A stretch of DNA of 64,000 nucleotides, taken from assembly GCA_031429315.1 (NCBI GenBank), contig JANOZJ010000401.1:4658-68657 (forward strand), read 5' to 3'. Origin of the DNA: Akkermansiaceae bacterium (GTDB taxonomy: Bacteria; Verrucomicrobiota; Verrucomicrobiia; Verrucomicrobiales; Akkermansiaceae). Under the pieces are notes generated by a model, which was given only the letters and a program-made list of their open reading frames with translations, was not told the DNA's origin and did no database searches. This document shows, in pieces, positions 17,660-26,600 of this stretch. Position 1 is the first letter of the stretch, and the number at the start of each line of letters is the position of its first letter. The position numbers were made by a program, and so were the translations under genes.

Positions 17660-20600
17660 ATGAAAAACCACTCCTTGCTCCCGCTCCTGAAGGTAGTCGC
17701 CGCCGCGTGTCTCCTCACCGTCTCTGCGGCGACCGCCGCTCCGGAGATTGTGGTGCAGCAGCCCGCAGGCACCAACATCACCGGCGGTTCGGAATCCTTT
17801 GGCTCCGTTGTATTGGGCCTCAGCACCACCCTGACATTCACCATCAAGAACACCGGAGATGCCAACCTAACTGGCTTGGCGATCACCAAAGACAGCGGCG
17901 CGAGCGCCGGGGATTTCACCTTCACCGCCGTCACTCCTGCCGCTCCGGTGGCCGGACCCAACGGTAGCACGACCTTCACGGCGACCTTCACTCCGTCCGC
18001 TCCCGGCGCTCGCACGGCCACCATCCACATTGCCAACAACGACCCAGATGGCGGCGAGAGTCCATATAACATTACTTTGACCGGGACAGGCTTGGCGCCC
18101 GAAATCGTGGTCGAGCAGCCCGTGAACAACAACATTGCCACCAACGACACCCTCGCCTTCGGCACGGTCGATCTCACTTCCGCTACATTGAGCATCACCA
18201 AAACCTTCACCATCAAAAACACTGGAGATGCCAATCTAACCGGCTTGGTGGTTACCAAAAGCGGCACCAGTGCTGCGGATTTCACGGTGACGCAACCCGG
18301 GTCCGCTTCGCTGGCCGGTCCCAGCGGCAGCACCACCTTTACCGTTGTGTTTGCCCCCACTGCGGCCGGAGCAAAAACCGCGGCCATCCACATTGCCAAC
18401 AACGATCCCGACGGCGGCGAGAGCCCCTTGTTCAACATCAATCTCACGGCGACTGCGACCGCGCCCTTGATCGCGATCGAGCAGCCTGTGGGCACAGCCT
18501 TTGCAAACAATGGCACGAAAGCCTTTGGGAGTGCCGGTATCGGTTTTGCAAATGAAGTGGTCTTTACGGTCGTCAACGGTGGTACCGCCGCACTCTCCTT
18601 GTCTTCCTTTACCATCGGCGGCACCGATGCGCGTCAATTCAGCTTGGGAGTGACTCCGACCACCGTGGGTGCCGGTTCAAGTGCCACTTTCACGGTCCGC
18701 TTCGGCCCGTCACAAATCGGATCCTTCACCGCGAATCTCAAGATCGCAAACAACTCCTCAGCCACTCCGTTTACGATCAACCTAACCGGATCGGGCATCG
18801 CCAATGTGGGCCAAGTGGACGCATTCGGCTATAAATTCATCGAAATTGCCGGTGGAAACATCCTTCCCTTTCTGTCTTCAGCCGATCCGGGGGTGGTGCA
18901 AGGAGCAGGTTTGTCAAACATCGATCAGCAAGTCCCTGTTGACATCGGGTTTGATTTCTTTTTCTACGAAAAGTCCTACTCCCGCTGCTCCATCTCAACG
19001 ACCGGTTTGGTTACATTCGGGGATCCGTCGATCAAGTATACCCCGGACTCCATTCCAAATGCGGCCATTCCTGATAACTTCATCGCTCCACTCTGGACGG
19101 ACCTGCAAGTCACCTCAACCAGCAAGATTCTCTACAAGACCCTAGGAGTCGCTCCGGACCGGATTTTCGTAGTCAAATACGAAAACGTCAAATTGTACCA
19201 CAATGGCGCAGCCGCCACCGATAAACGGGTCACCTTTCAAGTGCAACTATACGAAACCTCCAACTCGATCCAAATTCGCTACCAGGACGAGAATCCAGCG
19301 GTCGCATTCCCCGCGCAGCAACTTTCCATTGGAATCGAGAGCCGCAACTATGGCACGGAGATTCCCCAGCCTGGTGTAGGCATCGTGGGGATTCAGTATA
19401 AGAATGGTTTGATCTCCGACTCGGCAAACCGCCCCTTCGCCGGCAACTCCGCCAGTACCGCCAGCGCCAGCAACAAGAGCATTCTGTTCACCCGGCCGGT
19501 TGTCATTACGTTGGAGAGCAAGTATGATAAGCCTGCCCTCACCGGGACAACGCCAACCAATGTCGAGACCACCGCTTTGATTCCTAGTATTGGCACAATC
19601 TATAGAACGCCGATAGGGACGGTAAAGCGCTTCGAGGCCCCGCCAGTCATCTATCTGGACAAGGATTTCAACACGCTCGCCGAAGCCGGCGAGGTGAGTG
19701 ACTCCAGTCCCGCGTGGTACCGGCTCGTCAACGATGGCTACGCGATCGACGGCCAGGTCGTCCAGGGCACCCACGCGTTTTTCACCACCACGCTCACCCG
19801 TGACGTGACCGTTGTCTGGCGGTGGCGGCTGGAATGCGCCGTTGTCATCAGTTCCGCCACGGGCCAGGGCGGCTTTGGTAATCCCTCGCCGGGAGTGGGC
19901 CGGCAATGGTATCAGTTCGGTGACCAGTTCACCGCCTCCATTGATGCCAATGTCACCAATTCCGAAGGTGGTTTCCGTTTCAATACCACAGGCTACACGC
20001 TTCAGGACAAAGCCGGCGCTGCGGTGGGCACCACAACTTCCTTTGCCTCGGATGGCTCGCTGCGCCGTACCACCACGCCGGTTAGTATCTCCCAGCCCTT
20101 GAAGTTGACGTGGAATTTCGTCGGCCAAGTGCGCTACCGCTTTGACGCCCTCAGCTATGCGCAGGGCGGCGGTGTGGTGGACGGCCAATCGTTCGTCCAA
20201 GTTTACAAGTCCGATGGCAGCGCCGTGGAATCGACTGTCTATGGAACCGGAGCCAATACCGATGTGTGGATCGACTCGGGGGCGACCACAGGCAGGAAAG
20301 TCGTGGCCGGTGCCTTCTACCGCTCTAACGACCGCTCGCTAACGCTGGGAGACTTCAACCCGGCACCAGGCGGCGACCTCGGGGGCTTCGGCGCGTCGGT
20401 GGCTCCTCTAATCGACAGCTTGATCCCAGATCAACAGGGTGTCTCGCGGGTCGCGCGGACCTATACGGTGACCCACGCCACAAGTCCCACCGAGATCCAT
20501 TGGGTGTTTCAGCCGACGGTCTTCCGGGCACAGGTCGAGTTAGGCAAAAGTCTCGATGGGCAGGTACCGGATGTTCAGTTAATTCCGGATCTCCCAGACA

Positions 20601-23600
20601 CCGCACTGCTGAAAATCACCGACTCGGGTCCGGGAAATCTGACGACCACCAAGACTCCCCCCCCGGAGGGGAGCATCGTCGGCATCAGCGACCCGCTGCG
20701 CTGGGATCGGTTGGGCAAGGCCTTGTTCCCGGTGCGCGCGGGCAGCTACGAGATTGCCTGGCCCGATGCCAACAACCTAGCCAGGAGTTATAAGATCGAA
20801 ATCCTCAGCGGCTACCCCAAGGATGTGGTCAGGTGGACCCTGCCGGTGGAAGATAACACGGGAGCCCGCGTGAAGCAGGGCGCGGTGGCACTGTCCAGTT
20901 GCGTAACCACAGTCACCAACACGACGGTCAGCTGCGGCAGCACAGCCGGTCTCGCGGTCGGGATGGTGATTGACGGTCCTAACATCACCACCGGAACGAC
21001 GATTACAACGGTCTCTCCGACAAGCTTCGCAATCAGTAGCGCGGCGATGGGTTCCGGCACGGTGACCCTCAACGCGTGGAACTATGTTTACGAGGTCACC
21101 CTTCCGGAAATCGACCCGCAGGCGGGCTTCCCGGCCCAAGTGGACAACGCGCACTACCGGCATTTGTATGATCCGGTGCCAGCCCGCCAAGCGCCAACCA
21201 AGCTTGACCTCAGTGCGGCGGATGAGTGGAAGTTCCAAGACCTGACCTACGCCGACGGAGCCACCGCCGCTTCGGTTAGTAAAGAAGCATCCGGCGTTCC
21301 CTTCACCGCCGCCGGTGCCGGTCGCAGCGTGCTCCTCTATAGCTATCGACCCAACTCGGACGAGATTGCGGATGGCAGTCTCGACAAGGAAAGTCTCGCC
21401 GTGCGGGTCGTCCGCTCCAGCCCGGTCAGTGTGATTTCCCGCGACAACCCGAAGCTGATTCTCGGCCGTAAAGCGCTCGAACTCGGAGGTGGTTCCGCAG
21501 CAGGTGCTGCCTATGGTATCGTCAAGAACAGCAATCCGCTGGCCCCTGGCAGCGTCAATCCCGGCAATAAGTTTGTCGTCGATTTCTGGCTGAATGCAAA
21601 AGGCTTGCAGGCACCTGCGGCTGTCACGCTCAGCGCCTGCACAACCACCAGTGGAGCCACCAATGTGACTTGTGCCAGCACCGGATCCGTGGTGCCGGGC
21701 ATGACTCTCAACGGCACCAACATTCCCGCCGGAACCAAGATCGCATCGATCACCAACGCGACCACCCTGGTGCTCAGTACGCCAGCCACCGCCAGCGCTA
21801 CCGGAGTTTCACTGGTCGCATCTAACAAGCCTGTCACCGTCATGAGTACCGGTGGCGGCGGACTCACGGTGACCCTGGATTCGGCGGCCTCGACCGCGAC
21901 GGCAACTTACCGCGGCGTCCAAGTGAGTCACTATTTGCCCAAGTCCGGGGTGACTTGGCGTCACTATGCCATCCACGTTTTCACGAACAGATTCTTCGGT
22001 GTCGAGGTGGCGATCATTGATTTCTATCTCGACGGCGTCCGCCAGGAAAAGGGCTTTGTGACACCTCCGGGCTTCCTCGGGGCTGCGGGATCGACCATCG
22101 CCACTGGACTGACGGTTGATTCGCTGAGATTGGGTGTCGATGCCGAGTCCCGCAGTGGTTTGCAGCTCGATAACTTCCGGCTCTTCAGTCTTGGCTCGGA
22201 CCCCAAGGGTTATCTGAAGCCGGGCGAAGTTAGGTTGCTGCGGACTGAGCGCGACTTGACGGTGGTCGGCAAACAGCTTCGGGGAACCAGTCCGCTCTTG
22301 TCATTCAATTTCGAAACTGCCCCATCAGGCGGATTGTTCGCCAACCAGGGATCGCTGGCGAACGTGGCTGTCGGCACCGTCTCCGGTTCGGGTGTCTATG
22401 CCGGAAAGTGGGCAAATACCGATCTACAAGAGGTCGCCACCAGAATTGATAGCACACTCGACAACGCCGGTTTTGGCGGCAGTGGCTACTCCATCAACGC
22501 GGTTTCAAACTACAATGTGAACCTCTATGATCGCAGCGCGGAGGTCGGCACGTGGGGGCCGGTCTTCCCGGTCAACCACAGTCAGCTCTTCACCGATGCG
22601 GCGAAGAAACTCGAGGTGGCTTACTACGAAAACCCATATCTCACCGATCAACTGCCTCACCCGAACGTGGCTTGGCCGTATGTGGTCACGGAGTATAAAG
22701 ACGTTGTTTTCCCCGCACTTGGTCCTAACAAGGACAAGGCCATCTACATCGCCAGTCGGATCGGCTCTGAAGGCATCGATCAGCGAGGCTATCCGCAACC
22801 GGTCTTTGGCTTGGCCGGATTCTCCGATCTCAAAATCTACAACCAGCCGGACAGAGCACTTGCCGGCTACAATCCCAACGAGGAGCACGCGCTCACCGCT
22901 CCCGCCGGTCGTGCGGCGTTGAAGGTGAAAAATATCGGGGAGGATGTCCCCAACAATCCGCCGCTCGCCGCATTTGCCCTGCAAATGGATGTCAACGGCA
23001 CCAGCGCCACCTACACCTCCGAGCCGTGGGTGCTGGTCCAAGTGAATAACGTGCTAACCGGAGAGCCAGAAATGGCCGCCTATCAGGTGTTCAAGACCCG
23101 CACCGGTGCCACCGCCTTCCCGCGCCCCAGCGCCGCCGTGGTCAATACCGCCAACTCCGGATTGATTTATGAGAGCGCGACCAACCCCGACGATGCATTC
23201 CTCGGCTTAGATGCCACCAAGGCCTTCGACTTCAACTATCAATTCGACTATCCGGTCTATGCCGGCGACTTGTTGATCCCGCCCTATCCGCTCAATCTCG
23301 TCATCGGCAACGTCGCCATGAACGACGCCCGCGGCAACAGCCTTCAGGTCAACGGCCTCAACCAGCGGACGCTCTGGCGCGACGTTAACAAAAACGCCTG
23401 GGTCGTCTCCGGTAACGGGCGCTTCTTCCATCAGTTCTTCTATCCCATGCGGGGCGACTTCTTCCTGTCCAGCATCCCGGCGGGAACTCCCGTGGCCTGG
23501 CTTCCGGACAACGGAACAAACTACACTGGAACCGGCACCAGTCTGAATCCGGTGAAAGTCATCTATAACAGCTTCTGGCGCTCGGACTATCCCAAGCTCA

Positions 23601-26600
23601 AACGCGGTGAGACGCTCACCTATCAGGGTGGCGAATACTTCAGTGAGACTCCTGGCTCCAAAGGTCTGCCCGCGCTCGTCGCGATGGCCGCCTCCGAGGT
23701 GATCTATGACAGCGCTACGCCCAGCATGGTGTTGGGCGCAGCTACCACCAATCGCTACAATTTGAGCACGACCTCGGCGCGGATTATCCGGCCCTTGGAT
23801 CGTCGCGAGAACCTCTTCAGTGTCGCGCAGATGGGCACCTCGGGCTTCACTCCGGCCGCCACTACCAAGGTTTTCATCGTCGCCGAGCGTTGGTATTTCA
23901 AGGAACTTCCGGGTTCCCTTCAGAAGCGCTTCTACTTCGATTCGCTTGCCGAGAAGCTCGTCTTCCGCGGTCGCCTCAACGAGAAGGAAAGCGGCGACGC
24001 CAACCTCACCTCCGGTCCTGACCCGCTCAATATCCTCGAACCCAACGTCATGACGCGGAATGACTATGACCGAGTCCGCGGTCTCTCGACCAACTCCGCG
24101 TGGACTGCCGCGATTGATCAGATCTATCTGAAGGCTCAAAATCCACACGGCGCGCCGGACGCCAATCAAGATGCCAGTCTGGCAGTCAAAAACCTGCAGG
24201 GCGTGAAAGCGACTCCCGCCAGTTACCCGAACGAGCTGTCCACTTTCTGGGCGAAAACCGGGAATGTGATCGCACAGGTGGCCTCGCCGGCACCAAGCAT
24301 CGTGCCTCTCGACAGCTTCGGCGTGGGCTCCGCATTGGTTCCTAGTCCGGGGCTGTTGACCCAAGCACCTAACGGCTCTCTCTATATTACCATCGCCGAG
24401 AACAATCGCACGGAGTTGGTCGGCGCGCCGGTCAGTTTGCATATCATCGAGATCATTCCAGACCGCTATCGTGGCGCGATCAAGGTGATCGAGGGTTCCG
24501 ATGCCTTCAGTGAAAAGGTCACCCTCCAACACAACGGCGAGTTTGGTGCCAACACCGGTGACCTTTACTATGAATGGTGGATCAGAGACGCCGCACCGCT
24601 TGACGTGGTTGCATCCGAGGTGCTGCCCAACGGCACCCTCACGCAAACCGACGCCAACGGCCAATCGCTCTGGCAGGAATATATCCCGACCGACCGTGCT
24701 GCCCTGACTGACATCAATGCCAAGCATCTCGGGCTTCACTCCATCGTCTTCGAAGGACGGCCCGATGTGGTCCTCGCCGACAAGTTGGTACTGATGCGCT
24801 ATCGCCATAGGAACGAAGCGAACTGGAAGCTGGTGCCTTTTGAATTTGCCAATGCCTCGACAGCCTGGAAACCGGGAAACATTCCCGTCGTTTCACCCGC
24901 CCCGTTCCAATGGGCCGGCGCCGCGAACTCGCCGCAGCTCCAGGCTGACGGCAGCAAGAGATATATCCCCCAATTGGTGATGGGCTGGGTCAAGCGCGTG
25001 CTGGATCGCATCAATCCTTACGAAGCGCGCTATGCCGACTTTTTCAGCAACGAAAGCCCGGCCACCTATAGCAGCCAGATCCAGATCGCCGGGGCTCCCT
25101 ATGCCGGCAAGGTGGCGCTCAATCCAAACAAGAACGTGATCGAGAACACCGGTCTCATTGAACTCTATCGTACCGTTCTGGACCGCGCCAAAGAACTCTC
25201 GATCGACAACTCCAGCAACGGCAATGCCTCCGACGGCATCAAGCAGGCGCTGCTGCTCGCCGCCACCCGCCTCTCCGTGCTCTATGAACTGCTAGGAAAC
25301 GAAGCCTACAGCGACGCCCAGGACTCCACCATCAACGCGGGCGACGACTCCGCGCTTGCCGGCGTGGCCTCCTTCACCCATGCCTTCCAGAACATGGAGG
25401 CGGACCTCCAGCATGAGGAACTCGCGCTGCTTCGCGGCACCGACTTCGGCAAAAGCTACCCGGTCTACAACCGGATGTTCTGGAACTATGCCAAGGGTCT
25501 CGGCGAGGCCGCTTACAACGTCAACTACAACATCTATGACGTGAACACGGACGGCTTCATCAATGAGGATGACGCCCGCAAGCTCTACCCACAAGGTCAT
25601 GGCGATGCGTGGGGGCACTATGTCTCCGCATTGGACATGCACTATACTTTGTTGCAGCACCCGGGCTTCAGTTGGAAGACCCGCTCCGAGTTGTATTCGC
25701 TCATGCAAAACGTGCTGGAGGTCGATTTCCTTGATGAGAAGACCTTCGCCCGCCTCGCCTCCGGCAAGGCTCGAGCCGGACGCGATATTGTGCGTGAATC
25801 CTATCGTCTCGCCTACACCCAGGATCCGAACGGCCAGTGGCAAGGCTACACCGACGGTGCCGATCCGGCCCGCGCCTGGGGCGTCTCCGAGTGGGCGCAC
25901 CGCGCCGGCCAAGGGGCCTTCTTCGACTGGGCGGTGGCCAACGCCCTGCTTCCCGAAGACGCGGCCGCAGCCACCCCGGTCAACAACCCGGAAAACCTAG
26001 ACCGCATCGACCGCCTTGGCGCCATCGACCAAATCGGCGAAGTCGCCGCCGGTCTCCACGAAATCCAAGTCGCTCTGGATGAGGCCAACAGCGGCGTCAA
26101 TCCGCTTGGGCTCGATTCGGATGCCATGACCTTTGACATCGAGTTGGACCTTTATGAAAACGGCTCCGGCGGTGATCGGAGATCCCACTTCGAGCAGATC
26201 CACTCCCGCGCGGTTACGGCTGGCAACAACGCTCTAACGACTCTCGACTACGCTACCCAGGCGCAGAACAAACTGCGGTCTTTGGCCGACGACACCGACG
26301 GTCTGATCCAGGAAGCGATGAGTCAGGATCTCGACTTCCGCAACCGCCTCATTGAAATTTTCGGGCGGCCTTATGACGGCACCATTGGCTTCGGAAAAGC
26401 CTATCCCGAAGGCTATCAGGGACCGGATACCTTGCTATTCGCCTACCTCGACAAGACCAGGATCGACCAGATCGTGCCGCCGGTTGCGGGAGCTACCTCC
26501 ACCGTTGTGACCTACAAGAAGCTCTTTGACAAGGCCACGGGTTCGGAAATCATGAACAACCCGGTGATGGTCAATCTCTACAAAGCCACAGGTGATGATG

